Source of the DNA: an uncultured Alphaproteobacteria bacterium
GTDB taxonomy: Bacteria > Pseudomonadota > Alphaproteobacteria > MPNO01 > UBA830
NCBI GenBank assembly: GCA_913046035.1
Contig: CAJWSW010000006.1
Span: 6,493 to 70,492 of the forward strand
Direction: 5' to 3'
Length of the DNA: 64,000 nt
In this document: positions 31,901 through 41,741 of the stretch, in pieces
Layout of the letters: each line of letters begins with the position of its first letter
How positions within the stretch are numbered: the first letter of the stretch is position 1
Position numbers and translations under genes: made by a program
The notes under the pieces: generated by a model
What the model saw: only the letters and a program-made list of their open reading frames with translations
What the model was told of the DNA's origin: nothing
Databases searched by the model: none

Positions 31901-32015
31901 CGTCTGGTCGTGTCATCGGCGGCAGAGCGTGAAACGCCCTGAAGATATACGCAGACCCGTCTACTAAATAGACGTGATTGCACCCCGCATCGGCTTCCTG
32001 TTCCTTGACCATCAA
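28968..32015 (-). CDS. polA: DNA polymerase I
   Basis: 1015 aa with 5'-3' exonuclease, 3'-5' exonuclease and polymerase domains (motifs DYSQIELR, YGISPFGLA, QVHDELIFE). Confidence 0.95.
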   Translation of the reverse strand: MMVKEQEADAGCNHVYLVDGSAYIFRAFHALPPMTRPDGTPVNAVFGFTNMLTKLVEDSGASFLAVIFDTARKTFRTEIYPDYKANRPPPPDELVPQFELIREATRAYSLPCLEMEGFEADDLIATYAKLAVEQGYEVTIVSSDKDLMQLVGPRVRMMDPMKNRFIGPEEVVEKFGVGPENVVDVQALLGDSTDNVPGIKGIGEAPAAALVREYGDLEKILEAVQNTDAVKADAVLKAETCQKRIYEIAGREFGIGSPKQLKEVLIDELNLPVPKDKKSGKPTTNAAALNELAASGYEIAQQIIDYRFYSKVNTSYAELLYEEQGIARVSRELVTLRADVPVKGDIAQFQKKRPDPEVLIPWLEKQGFKSALSRALSEFGVEAENSNPDAVTAPGEGAYELVQEEDALQGWIDEIQLAGVFAFDTETNSLDAMQADLVGLSLSVQGGRACYVPVAHISAGNQGNDELDLGAIRSNVSPELPKQLARTRVIEMLKPLLEDPGILKVGHNIKYDMQVMARYGVEVGPIDDTMLLSYVLEGGLHGHGLDELAALHLGHTNIKFSEVAGTGKNQVSFDHVPLDKALDYAAEDAEVTGRLYRQLKPRISEERMTSVYETMERRLVPVLSDMERAGIIVDATFLKELSGDFEKRTADIAEDIYKLAGHEFNIGSPKQLGEVLFDEMGIQGGKKTKTGAYGTGADVLEGLAAEGLDLPRRVLDWRQLSKLRSTYTDALIKQINPATKRIHTSYAQAIASTGRLSSTDPNLQNIPIRTEEGRKIRQAFVPEKGHVLLSADYSQIELRLLAHVAGIEALREAFRDGKDIHAMTASEVFGIPIENMEPSVRSRAKAINFGIIYGISPFGLARQLSIPQGEAKQYIDNYFKKFPGIRDYMETTKTFAREHGFVQTIFGRKCHTPGINDKNPARRNFSERAAINAPLQGAAADIIKRAMIGIPETLKELGLGARMLLQVHDELIFEVPEGEVDETTAIVTKKMEGAADLELPLVVDTGTGLNWDEAH

Positions 32016-32111
32016 TTAAGTATCCCATCGACCTGCATCAGTGAGAAGCATGCAGATTTGTTTTAATAGAGTCGAGAATCCGCCGACAAAATTTCTGTTT
32101 TCTAAGCGGCC

Positions 32112-33092
32112 TCAAGGTTTAAGTACTATCTTTCCTTGCAAACTTCGGGCGTCAAGCGCCTCATGTGCTTTGCGCGCCTCAAAAATTGGCATCCGCGCAT
32201 GTATCGCTGGCTTCAAATTACCGGATGCAAACCGGTCGAGAACTGTACGAAGAATTCGCGCGCGCTCCTCTGGTGCTTTATCGAACGAATGCCATGAAAA
32301 ACACCGGATACCTGGACTTTTGCCGAGATTTGCGCGCATCGCTGAAAATGTCTCATCTTTAGGAAGGCCCGCAAGCGCATTGAACGAGACAATTGTGCCA
32401 AGAGGCGCCAGCATTGGGATTGTATCTGTAAATCTCGGCCCTATTAACTGGTCAAGTGCTAAGTCAACACCGCGGCCGTTGGTAATTTCAAGAATGCGTT
32501 GAGGCACGTTTTCCCTTGAGTAGTCAATCGTATAGTCTGCACCTCGTTCGGCCGTAAAGGCGCATTTTTCACGGGAACTTGCGCCAGCTATTGTGGTCAT
32601 TCCAAGATCACGAGCAAGATCAACAACCGCCGACCCGACCCCACCCGCAGCACCGTTTATATATACTATGCGATCTCCACCTCCAGGGGCGACTTCTTTT
32701 AGAAGGCACCACGCGATCGCATAGTTCGGAATGCATACCGCGTCGTCCAAATCAACATTCGTAGGGAGCGCGGTAATGATATCAGTGGACGCTACGGTAA
32801 ATTCCGCATGCCGCCCACCGCCAGTTCCAAATACCAGTACAGGTTGACCAACATTAAAATCGGATACGCCAGGTCCGATAGCGGCCACATAGCCAGTCAC
32901 CTCATTACCTATCACTGCAGGCAGAGCAGGCATCCACTTATAGACACCAGTTCTTAGCAAGACGTCAGGCTTTCCAACACCGAGCGCTGCAGCCTGCACT
33001 AGTACTTCGCCCGGCCCTGGTTCGGGATTGGGTAGGTCGACTAAACGGAGAACCTCAGGGCCACCGGTTTTACAAAATTGGATCGCTTTCAT
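32112..33092 (-). CDS. qor: NADPH:quinone reductase (zinc-type ADH/MDR superfamily, Qor-like)
   Basis: 326 aa in the MDR fold with an AAGGVGS nucleotide-binding motif. Confidence 0.8.
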   Translation of the reverse strand: MKAIQFCKTGGPEVLRLVDLPNPEPGPGEVLVQAAALGVGKPDVLLRTGVYKWMPALPAVIGNEVTGYVAAIGPGVSDFNVGQPVLVFGTGGGRHAEFTVASTDIITALPTNVDLDDAVCIPNYAIAWCLLKEVAPGGGDRIVYINGAAGGVGSAVVDLARDLGMTTIAGASSREKCAFTAERGADYTIDYSRENVPQRILEITNGRGVDLALDQLIGPRFTDTIPMLAPLGTIVSFNALAGLPKDETFSAMRANLGKSPGIRCFSWHSFDKAPEERARILRTVLDRFASGNLKPAIHARMPIFEARKAHEALDARSLQGKIVLKP

Positions 33093-33117
33093 TGAGACCT
33101 TCTCTGCATGAGCACTA

Positions 33118-34035
33118 TCATGCCTTCCGGCTCGAGATCGTTACCCCAATGATAATAAGAATTGCGCCAACAATGTGAAAAACTCCTATGCTTTCACCTA
33201 ATAGCGGGATGGCAAAAATCGCGGCATATACTGGAACCAGATACATATAGAAGCCGGCACGGCTAGGCCCTAGCCGGGCGATGGCGCTATTCCATAAAAG
33301 TATTGCGCAGACCGATGGAAAGATAGCTACAAAAACAAGCGAAACTAGCGCCTTTACCGTCCAGATAACTGCTACGCCCGACACTAGTTCATAAAAGAAA
33401 AATGGAACATGACAAAGAGCGCCTACCCCACAGATAATGGTGATGAGCGAAAGCGGATGAAATCCCCCCGGAAGTCGCTTGACCACGACCCCATACCCGG
33501 CAAGGCCAAGATTACAGGCAATCAAGATAGCATCCCCAACGTTAAAGGAGAGATCTACTAGCGTCACAGGATTACCGCGCGCGACAATATAGAGTACGCC
33601 TGCTATTGCAACGACAATGCCTACCCATTGGATCCCGTTTGTCTTTTCGTTCAAAAACACCCACGAAAGCAAAACAATCATTACCGGCATGGAGGTTTGG
33701 ATAACACCACCGTTTATTGCCTCGGTGTAGGTCAACGCCACATATGTGACGCCAGCTCCCATGAAAGGCATCAAAAAGCCAGCAAGGCATAACAGCTTCC
33801 AGCTTCCTCTTATGCGCTCTGCGTCAGCCCTTATTGGCCGCAGCGCGAACGGGAGCAGGATAAGGGTTCCGGCGGTCCATCGAACAAAGCCAAGAACATA
33901 GGGCTGCACATCGCCAGCAACCCAGCGGCCGACTACGTAGTTCAGCCCGAAAATAAGTACGGCGACTAGCATCATCGCGTGAGGAACGCCTTCGCGAGCC
34001 ATGAGAGATGGATCAGTGCCAGTTGAATTGCGCAC
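33118..34035 (-). CDS. DMT-superfamily (EamA-like) transporter
   Basis: 10-TM hydrophobic protein with duplicated EamA-type halves. The true start may be ATG 34002 (MAREGVPHAMM...). Confidence 0.75.
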   Translation of the reverse strand: MRNSTGTDPSLMAREGVPHAMMLVAVLIFGLNYVVGRWVAGDVQPYVLGFVRWTAGTLILLPFALRPIRADAERIRGSWKLLCLAGFLMPFMGAGVTYVALTYTEAINGGVIQTSMPVMIVLLSWVFLNEKTNGIQWVGIVVAIAGVLYIVARGNPVTLVDLSFNVGDAILIACNLGLAGYGVVVKRLPGGFHPLSLITIICGVGALCHVPFFFYELVSGVAVIWTVKALVSLVFVAIFPSVCAILLWNSAIARLGPSRAGFYMYLVPVYAAIFAIPLLGESIGVFHIVGAILIIIGVTISSRKA

Positions 34036-34432
34036 GGCGGGGTAAATATCCCTTTGCTTCCTATAAAACTAGGATAACAGGTGACCATTAAGCAGCAAAC
34101 GAAATGTCACAGACGCCAAGCATTTGTTGAGTATCGAAAGCCCTGTACCGCACCAGTGATTTTGTTTGCTGATCTATGTTATGCCATTGTAATGCAGCCG
34201 GGATTTTCACAGCATGAGTTGAACTCAACGTTGCATAAGAATTTAAGTTTAAGTGTTTAACCTTGCAGATGCCCGCGATAGCGCATCATAACATTTTTAT
34301 TTGGGGCAATAATAAAGGTGTTTAGACGGCACTACATTGATACGCTAGTAAGAGCCAAGCCAGACCGTTATCGCGTCGATATTAAGGTCTGGCAACTAAG
34401 TTGCACAAACAGATTAATGATGTGAACTCATA

Positions 34433-34463
34433 GGTCTGTCGCCCTTAAAACGGGTGACAGACC
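34433..34463. terminator. GC-rich stem-loop (GGTCTGTCGCCC-TTAAAAC-GGGTGACAGACC) 16 nt downstream of the acnA stop
   Basis: 12-bp stem with one G-U pair and a 7-nt loop. On the plus strand it is followed by ACGTTGTTTGGTTGCTT. On the minus strand (acnA sense) the trailing U-tract is weak. Confidence 0.35.
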
Positions 34464-34478
34464 ACGTTGTTTGGTTGC

Positions 34479-37178
34479 TTATGCCGCGTCTAACATATTT
34501 CGGATCACATACTGAAGTATGCCGCCATTCTTGTAGTAATCGAGCTCGTCTAAAGTGTCGATACGACAACGCAGATTAATATCGATACTTGTGCCGTCTG
34601 CGCGACGGATTGTGCAGATTAAATCCGATCGCGGTGCAAGACCATCAGTCACACCTTTGATATCGAACATCTCTGTGCCATCCAAACCCAGCGTCTCACG
34701 CGTGTCACTGCCAGTGAACTGAAGTGGTAACACTCCCATACCGATCAAATTAGACCGATGAATACGCTCAAAGCTCTCAACAATCACAGCCCTTGCCCCC
34801 AGCAATGTAGTGCCTTTGGCAGCCCAATCGCGTGAAGATCCTGTTCCATATTCCTTACCCCCGACAATAACCAAAGGAACACCCTCTGCCGCATATTTCA
34901 TTGCCGCGTCATAGACCGGCATTTCCTCGCCGGAAGGCTGATGCTTTGTAAAGCCGCCTTCAACTCCTGGCACCATTTCATTTCGTATTCGGATATTAGC
35001 GAAGGTACCTCGCATCATCACCTCATGGTTGCCGCGCCGCGAACCATAGGAATTGAACTGTGCTGGCCGGATTTGACGTTCAAGCAGGTATTCACCGGCT
35101 GGGCTTTCACGCTGGATCGAACCAGCTGGCGAGATGTGATCGGTGGTTACCGAATCCGATAGGATAAGAAGCGGCCTGGCACCGACTATGTCTTCAACCG
35201 CATCGGGCTCCCGTTCCATGCCCTCGAAAAAAGTTGGATACTTCACGTAGGTGCTATTCTCCTGCCAGCTGTAAGTTTCGGATTTAACGCTGTCGATTGA
35301 CTGCCATTCCTTCGGCCCTTCGAACACATTGTCATAGCGAGCACGATACATCTCAGCCGTCAAACACTCACGAATGGTGTTTTGAACTTCGTGGTTCGTA
35401 GGCCAGATGTCCCTTAGGTAGACTGGTTGCCCGTCAGCGTCTTTGCCCAGTGGGTCAACCGAAAGGTTGGTTTTGAGCGACCCCGCCAGTGCATAGGCAA
35501 CCACTAATGGAGGGGATGCAAGGAAGTTCGCGCGTACCTGCTGATGAACTCGGCCTTCGAAGTTACGGTTTCCCGAAAGCACCGCTCCCGCAACTAGGTC
35601 TCTTTCATCAATTTGGGCGGCAACTCGATCAGGTAGCGGGCCAGAGTTCCCGATGCATGTAGTGCACCCGAAACCAACAATATTAAAACCGAGCGCATCG
35701 AGGTAAGCCTGCAGTTCGGCCTTCTCGAGATAGTCCTTCACTACCTGACTACCGGGCGCAAGAGATGTTTTTACCCATGGTTTAGCCTTCAGACCCCTCG
35801 CGACTGCATTGCGAGCCAAAAGCCCGGCAGCCACCAACACAGACGGATTTGACGTGTTGGTGCAGCTTGTAATGGCTGCGATGACCACGTCGCCATCCTC
35901 GATTTCGAAATCATCGTCGACGTTGCGGGCTAACTGGTCAGTCTCCGCGGGCGTCGCACCACGGTGATCAGAAATAACATCGATCGCGGTCTTCTGCACA
36001 CCAGACAGTACAACCCGATCTTGAGGGCGTTTGGGCCCAGCGAGCGACGGCTCGACCTTGCCCAAATCCAGCTCTAGCGTCGCAGTGAAAACAGGGTCGG
36101 GGGTATCCTCTTCTCGCCACATTCCCTGCGCCCTGGCATAAACCTCGACGAGTTCCACACAATCGTCGTCCCGACCAGTAAATTTGAGGTAATCGCAAGT
36201 TTCGCGGTCTATAGGAAAGAAACCACATGTCGCGCCATATTCGGGCGCCATGTTACCAATGGTGGCGCGGTCGGGCAGCGAAAGCCCATTTAGTCCCGGG
36301 CCATAGAATTCGACAAACTTACCGACCACACCTTCAGCGCGAAGCATTTGCGTAACGGTCAGAACCAAATCAGTTGCTGTTGTTCCTTCTTTCATTTCAC
36401 CGGTCAGTTTGAAACCGACGACCTCAGGAAGCAGCATTGAGATTGGCTGACCTAGCATTGCGGCTTCGGCCTCAATCCCGCCGACGCCCCAGGACAGAAC
36501 TGCGAGGCCGTTGACCATTGTCGTGTGACTATCGGTACCAACCACGGTATCTGGATACGCGATCTGTTTGCCGCTATCGTCTTCTGTAACCCAAACAGTC
36601 TGCGACAGGTACTCTAGGTTGACCTGATGACAGATCCCAGTGCCTGGCGGAACAACGCGGAAATTATTAAATGCTTTTGAACCCCAACTAAGGAATTCGT
36701 ATCGTTCTTTATTGCGATCAAACTCTACTTCAACATTTTTCTCGAATGCGCTGCTAGAACCGAATTCATCTATCATAACTGAATGGTCAATTACCAAATC
36801 AACCGAATTAAGCGGGTTAATCTTTTGCGGGTCGCCACCTAACGTAAGCATTGCGTCACGCATCGCGGCTAGGTCGACCACAGCAGGCACACCGGTAAAA
36901 TCTTGCAGCAGAATACGCGCCGGCCGGTAGGCAATTTCAAGGTCAGACTTTTGCGTTTCCACCCATTTTGCCGCTTGTTCAATATCGCTGACTGATACCG
37001 AACGACCGTCTTCGTAACGCAGCAAGTTTTCGAGAAGAACCTTTAGCGAAAACGGTAGTCGAGAAATATCTCCGTACCCGGCGTCAGATATCGCATCTAA
37101 GCTGAAGTAGTCGTAATGTTTTCCGCCGACTTCCAGCGTACGGCGGGCTTTCAGCGTATCCTGTCCGATTGCGCTCAC
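34479..37178 (-). CDS. acnA: aconitate hydratase AcnA
   Basis: Aconitase family throughout, including Fe-S ligand cysteines. The likely start is GTG 37178, preceded by GAGGAG ([27 protein letters not shown] matches AcnA N-termini). ATG 37193 is an alternative. Confidence 0.95.
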   Translation of the reverse strand: MSAIGQDTLKARRTLEVGGKHYDYFSLDAISDAGYGDISRLPFSLKVLLENLLRYEDGRSVSVSDIEQAAKWVETQKSDLEIAYRPARILLQDFTGVPAVVDLAAMRDAMLTLGGDPQKINPLNSVDLVIDHSVMIDEFGSSSAFEKNVEVEFDRNKERYEFLSWGSKAFNNFRVVPPGTGICHQVNLEYLSQTVWVTEDDSGKQIAYPDTVVGTDSHTTMVNGLAVLSWGVGGIEAEAAMLGQPISMLLPEVVGFKLTGEMKEGTTATDLVLTVTQMLRAEGVVGKFVEFYGPGLNGLSLPDRATIGNMAPEYGATCGFFPIDRETCDYLKFTGRDDDCVELVEVYARAQGMWREEDTPDPVFTATLELDLGKVEPSLAGPKRPQDRVVLSGVQKTAIDVISDHRGATPAETDQLARNVDDDFEIEDGDVVIAAITSCTNTSNPSVLVAAGLLARNAVARGLKAKPWVKTSLAPGSQVVKDYLEKAELQAYLDALGFNIVGFGCTTCIGNSGPLPDRVAAQIDERDLVAGAVLSGNRNFEGRVHQQVRANFLASPPLVVAYALAGSLKTNLSVDPLGKDADGQPVYLRDIWPTNHEVQNTIRECLTAEMYRARYDNVFEGPKEWQSIDSVKSETYSWQENSTYVKYPTFFEGMEREPDAVEDIVGARPLLILSDSVTTDHISPAGSIQRESPAGEYLLERQIRPAQFNSYGSRRGNHEVMMRGTFANIRIRNEMVPGVEGGFTKHQPSGEEMPVYDAAMKYAAEGVPLVIVGGKEYGTGSSRDWAAKGTTLLGARAVIVESFERIHRSNLIGMGVLPLQFTGSDTRETLGLDGTEMFDIKGVTDGLAPRSDLICTIRRADGTSIDINLRCRIDTLDELDYYKNGGILQYVIRNMLDAA

Positions 37179-37424
37179 GTTTACTCTCCTCATCAAATGA
37201 TCGGGCGAGAAATTAGCCGCAAAAGTTGCTAAATCCAATAGCGACTAGACCTAGGCCTTCTATCGCCCGCTAACAACACTAAATACCTCGCTCAGACCAA
37301 GACCCGTCACAGACCTAGATCCTACCTTGGTAGCTCACGATCGCATTGACTGATACAAATATCCATACATGCTCTGGAAATGCTCCGGATGACGAAACGA
37401 TCTTTTTAGGGTATTGCACGCAGT

Positions 37425-38102
37425 ATGGACGTTTTTTCGGGTGAGGAACTTACCTGCATTAGAAGCGATCGGATCGTATTTGCCGGCTTTAATTTTTCTG
37501 TAAAAGCGGGTGACGCACTGGTGCTGTCTGGGCCAAATGGCTCCGGTAAATCAAGTCTGCTACGCCTAATGGCTGGTATTTCCCGTCCAGCTGCAGGCCA
37601 AATTACCTGGCGCGGCAAGTCCATCACGGAGGATCCAGAACGCTTTTTCTCAGATATGCATTATGTTGGCCATCGCGACGCTGTTAAGCAGGCCTTGTCA
37701 GTTCGCGAAAATCTTATTTTTCATTCTGCCCTACGGTCCGTAACGTCAAACATTGATAATGCTCTTGATCTAACCGGTCTAGCCGCACTCGCCGACGTTC
37801 CGGCACGGATGTTATCGGCCGGTCAGACCCGAAGACTTGCGCTTGCTCGGATGCTTTCGTCACCCGCACCACTTTGGCTGTTAGACGAGCCAACCGTGGC
37901 ATTAGATACGGTATCGGTTGAAAGACTTCGCGCTGCCATCGCATCTCATCGAAAAGGCGGTGGCATTGTGATTGCATCCACCAACGTGCCACTAAACATC
38001 GAGGATGGAGTATCAGTAGATATTTCCACTTTTGCGCGCGAGAACGCTACCCTCTGGAGCAATGGCATCGCGGACGAACTCGGAACAGAAAAACGGATAT
38101 GA
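37425..38102 (+). CDS. ccmA: heme exporter ATP-binding protein CcmA
   Basis: 225 aa with Walker A GPNGSGKSSLL, signature LSAGQTRRLALAR and Walker B LWLLDEP. Followed by ccmB-ccmC-ccmD-ccmE. Confidence 0.85.
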   Translation: MDVFSGEELTCIRSDRIVFAGFNFSVKAGDALVLSGPNGSGKSSLLRLMAGISRPAAGQITWRGKSITEDPERFFSDMHYVGHRDAVKQALSVRENLIFHSALRSVTSNIDNALDLTGLAALADVPARMLSAGQTRRLALARMLSSPAPLWLLDEPTVALDTVSVERLRAAIASHRKGGGIVIASTNVPLNIEDGVSVDISTFARENATLWSNGIADELGTEKRI

Positions 38103-38764
38103 CGGCATTTTTCGCTCTTATCAAACGCGACATTCGCATAGCACTGCGACAATTGAGCGATACCCTGATTGTTATAGTTTTCTTCGTTATCTCAGCGTCG
38201 CTATTTCCCTTCGGAGTCGGCGCTGAGCCAAACCTGTTAGCTCGGATGGCTCCAGGAGTTCTATGGGTAACAGCTCTTTTGTCCGCTATGCTCTCTTTCG
38301 ACCGCCTTTTCCAAAACGACTTCGAAGACGGAACCCTGGAGTTATTAGTAATTGCACCGCAACCACTTTGGCTAAGTGCGCTTGCTAAGATCGCCGCGCA
38401 TTGGATTACGACTGGCTTCCCGGTGTTATTAGTAGCTCCACTGATTGGTATAATGCTCAATCTCAAACCTGAAGGACTTGCAGTTCTCCTAGCAGCGATG
38501 GCTCTGGGAACCTCTATTATTAGCCTCATAGGGGCGCTAGGCGCAGCTCTAACACTGGGTTCCCGTAGAAGCGGCGTCTTGTTGTCTTTGCTTATTTTGC
38601 CCCTTGCTGTACCGGTTTTGATTTTTGGGTCCGGCGCGGTCGAAGCATCGATCGGGGGATATCCTGTTTCTCAGCAGCTTTTGATGCTGAGCGGATTACT
38701 ATTAGCCTGTCTCGTTCTGTGCCCATGGGGATGTGCTGCAGCGCTCAGGATAGCTAATGAATAA
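38099..38764 (+). CDS. ccmB: heme exporter protein CcmB
   Basis: 221 aa, 6 TM helices, 4-nt overlap with ccmA. Confidence 0.85.
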   Translation: MTAFFALIKRDIRIALRQLSDTLIVIVFFVISASLFPFGVGAEPNLLARMAPGVLWVTALLSAMLSFDRLFQNDFEDGTLELLVIAPQPLWLSALAKIAAHWITTGFPVLLVAPLIGIMLNLKPEGLAVLLAAMALGTSIISLIGALGAALTLGSRRSGVLLSLLILPLAVPVLIFGSGAVEASIGGYPVSQQLLMLSGLLLACLVLCPWGCAAALRIANE

Positions 38765-38968
38765 AATAGTTTGGACGAGGTTAATGGGCGCAAAGCGCCA
38801 AATTTCTCGGGCTTAATGCGCGGTCGCAATACAAAAATTTGCCAATATCCATGGCACTGCCTTGAAATTTCTTCAATCTCTGCCATTTAGCGGATAAACC
38901 TTGTAGATTTAAGGTTAATTTATAGCAAACTCGCAGTACCGCCTGAAACAGATAGGCAACAGTTCGGA

Positions 38969-39706
38969 ATGCTCCAGAAATACGCTAACCCCAAACGCTT
39001 TTTAACACTTGCCAATTCAGTCCTTCCATGGACTACTTGCGCCACTGTAATTCTAATTGTTGCAGGGCTCTATTTCGCCTTTGCCGCCTCCCCCCCGGAT
39101 TATCAGCAGGGGCAAACTGTCCGAATAATGTATGTGCACGTGCCATCGGCCTGGATGGCTATGTTTGCCTACGCTTTTATTGTGGTGGCCAGCGCCGTTG
39201 GGCTGATCTGGAAACACCCTGTAGCGCATGTGGGGGCACTTGCTGCTGCACCGATTGGCGCTTGTTTTACGCTGATATGCCTCGCAACGGGCTCGCTTTG
39301 GGGTAAACCGATGTGGGGTACTTGGTGGGTGTGGGATGCACGCCTAACCTCAGTCCTTATTTTGTTTTTTCTTTATTTGGGTTTCATCGCACTGGCAAAC
39401 GCATTTGACGACTCCAGTCGCGGTGAGAAAGCATCGGCCATTCTGGCATTGATCGGCGGCATCAATCTACCAATCATCAAATTTTCGGTAGACTGGTGGA
39501 ATACATTACATCAACCCGCCAGTGTCTCTAAAATAGACATGCCATCAATCCATTCGTCAATGCTGACGCCCCTACTCTTAATGGGAATTGGCTTCACGGC
39601 TCTTTTCGTGACACTCGTGATTATCCGTGTGCGCGCCGAGCTTGCATCACGGCGCATCAATGCTCTACGCGCCGCCAAAATTCACGCTGAGGTTGCCGGC
39701 GGTTAG
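38969..39706 (+). CDS. ccmC: heme exporter protein CcmC
   Basis: 245 aa with the WGTWWVWDARL tryptophan-rich (WWD) motif. Confidence 0.9.
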   Translation: MLQKYANPKRFLTLANSVLPWTTCATVILIVAGLYFAFAASPPDYQQGQTVRIMYVHVPSAWMAMFAYAFIVVASAVGLIWKHPVAHVGALAAAPIGACFTLICLATGSLWGKPMWGTWWVWDARLTSVLILFFLYLGFIALANAFDDSSRGEKASAILALIGGINLPIIKFSVDWWNTLHQPASVSKIDMPSIHSSMLTPLLLMGIGFTALFVTLVIIRVRAELASRRINALRAAKIHAEVAGG

Positions 39707-39875
39707 ATAAAGGTCTCTATTAAAGGGCGGTCCAGCAATCTTAAGTTCTGGACCCGAAAAGACAGCAGACACTGCCTTAGTGCGGAGTGGAATGAAACAG
39801 GTCAATTTTAACAGAAATAGAAAATCAACGTCCTGATGCAAATTAAAATACTTAAAAAGAAGTGCAGCCAACGCA

Positions 39876-40070
39876 ATGACTGAAGTGTTCAATATGGGCG
39901 AGTATAGTATGTATATCTGGCCGGCCTGGGGCTTCGCGGTGCTTGTGTTGGGGGGTTTAGTTATTGCGAGCGTCCGAGTTATGCAGGCGCGTGAGCGTGA
40001 ACTTGCAGAACTTGAAGCGGCAAAACCACGTCGGCGGCGCCAAAAGAATCCAGAAGGGAAATCCGCGTGA
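39876..40070 (+). CDS. ccmD: heme exporter protein CcmD
   Basis: 64 aa, single TM helix (IWPAWGFAVLVLGGLVIASV) then a basic tail. 4-nt overlap with ccmE. Confidence 0.7.
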   Translation: MTEVFNMGEYSMYIWPAWGFAVLVLGGLVIASVRVMQARERELAELEAAKPRRRRQKNPEGKSA

Positions 40071-40516
40071 CCCGAAAACGCCGCCGCCTAACAGTTGTCC
40101 TACTCGGCGGGCTCGCGCTTGCAACCGCAGCTGCACTGGTGCTGGCCGCATTCGAAGACAATATCGTTTTCTTCCATAGCCCTAGCGACATCGCCACAAA
40201 GAAAGAGCTTGGTATCGACCGCAGGCTTCGTTTGGGCGGGCTGGTAAAACCAGAAAGTTGGAAAAAGGCCCAGGACGGACTCACCCATAACTTTGCTATC
40301 ACGGACCTCAGCCATGAAGTCCCTGTTGTCTACAAAGGTATTATACCCGACCTATTCCGCGAAGGGCAGGGCGTCGTTGTTGAGGGGCGCCTGCAGTCCA
40401 ATGGTAGTTTTCGCGCAGACGAAGTATTAGCTAAACATGATGAAAATTATATGCCGCCAGAAGTCGCCGAAGCACTCCGAAAATCTGGAAAGTGGAAAGG
40501 TGGGGCGGATCAATAA
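40067..40516 (+). CDS. ccmE: cytochrome c-type biogenesis heme chaperone CcmE
   Basis: 149 aa with an N-terminal membrane anchor and OB-fold, plus the conserved heme-binding histidine context LAKHDENY. Confidence 0.85.
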   Translation: MTRKRRRLTVVLLGGLALATAAALVLAAFEDNIVFFHSPSDIATKKELGIDRRLRLGGLVKPESWKKAQDGLTHNFAITDLSHEVPVVYKGIIPDLFREGQGVVVEGRLQSNGSFRADEVLAKHDENYMPPEVAEALRKSGKWKGGADQ

Positions 40517-40723
40517 GAAGTTGGTTTTACCACAACCGTGCTGTACCACCTACCAACTTAAGGGGGATGATCTGCTAATGCCGAGCCAAGTTCGTTGAAG
40601 CAACAACTGATTGGCATCACGTTGTCTGTACTCCAAAGCTGATCGACCGGTTCTTAAGCAATACCATTGCCTGGTTCAATTTGAGACCCGCGACAATCCG
40701 TTGGCATTATTTAAAAATTTGAC

Positions 40724-41335
40724 TTAAACCGGTTGCCGTGCCTTCAACGCCGCCAACAGTGTTCCATCGTCCAAGTAATCCAGCTCGCCTCCCACTGGCA
40801 CGCCGTGTGCGAGCCTCGTTATCCTCAAAGTAAGACCCTTTTCGTCGCTGAGATCTTCCAGGCGGTCGGTAATGTAATGCGCAGTCGTCTGCCCATCGAC
40901 GGTAGCCGAAGTTGCGAGAATGGCCTCGGAAATTTTTTCATCAGCAACGCGAGATATCAGCGATGAGATGTTAAGATCTTCTGGCCCTCGGCCGTCAAGC
41001 GCCGAGAGCGTTCCGCCTATAACGTGATAAGTGCCTCGGAATGATGCTGATCGTTCCAATGCCCAGAGATCTGCGACGTCCTCAACAATGCAAACCTGTC
41101 CACGGTCTCGGCGTGTATCGGTGCATATGCCGCACGGGTCTGTCGCGTCTAAATTGCCACACACACTACAGGTGGTTACCGATCGTGCCGCACCTTCCAT
41201 CGCTGCAGCTAACGGATCAAGTAGCGAATCGCGACGCTTTATGAGATGCAATGCCGCACGCCGCGCTGAACGGGGTCCGAGACCAGGCAATTTAGCTAAC
41301 AATTGTATCAGTCGTTCGATCTCAACCGAGGACAT
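40724..41335 (-). CDS. recR: recombination protein RecR
   Basis: 203 aa with HhH ([11 protein letters not shown]), a C4 zinc finger (CSVCGN...CGIC) and a Toprim domain. Confidence 0.95.
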   Translation of the reverse strand: MSSVEIERLIQLLAKLPGLGPRSARRAALHLIKRRDSLLDPLAAAMEGAARSVTTCSVCGNLDATDPCGICTDTRRDRGQVCIVEDVADLWALERSASFRGTYHVIGGTLSALDGRGPEDLNISSLISRVADEKISEAILATSATVDGQTTAHYITDRLEDLSDEKGLTLRITRLAHGVPVGGELDYLDDGTLLAALKARQPV

Positions 41336-41417
41336 CTCAACTAATACCCAGCGCGCCGAAAATTAAAGTCGTTTCTTCCGCGAACGTCATGAAACGATCT
41401 GATATTGTGATCTTTTA

Positions 41418-41741
41418 TCAAAACGGTAGTTTCATGCCAGGCGGCAGATTGAGACCGCCAGTTACTCCCGCCATCTTTTCCTGCATATGGGTTTCAGCCT
41501 TGGCTCTGGCATCATTAAAAGCAGCTACTATCAGATCTTCAACGACTTCAGCATCTTCACTGTTGTAGAGCGATGGATCGATCTTTACATTGCGCACCTC
41601 GGATTTGCCATTCATGGTGACTGTCACCATGCCGCCACCGGCTCTGCCAGAAATTTCCACTTCGGCCAGTTTATCCTGCATTTCCTGCATTTTCGTCTGC
41701 ATTTCCTGTGCTTGTTTCATAAGGTTGCCGAGATTCTTCAT
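41418..41741 (-). CDS. ybaB: nucleoid-associated protein YbaB/EbfC
   Basis: 107 aa, MKNLGNLMKQAQEMQ... Start overlaps the dnaX stop. Canonical dnaX-ybaB-recR order. Confidence 0.9.
   Translation of the reverse strand: MKNLGNLMKQAQEMQTKMQEMQDKLAEVEISGRAGGGMVTVTMNGKSEVRNVKIDPSLYNSEDAEVVEDLIVAAFNDARAKAETHMQEKMAGVTGGLNLPPGMKLPF

Noticed and set aside
40517-40723. Inverted repeat AAGTTGGT...ACCAACTT between convergent ccmE and recR
   Set aside because: The stem is only 8 bp with a roughly 26-nt loop and no flanking U-tract. It could be a weak bidirectional terminator but is not distinctive enough to call.
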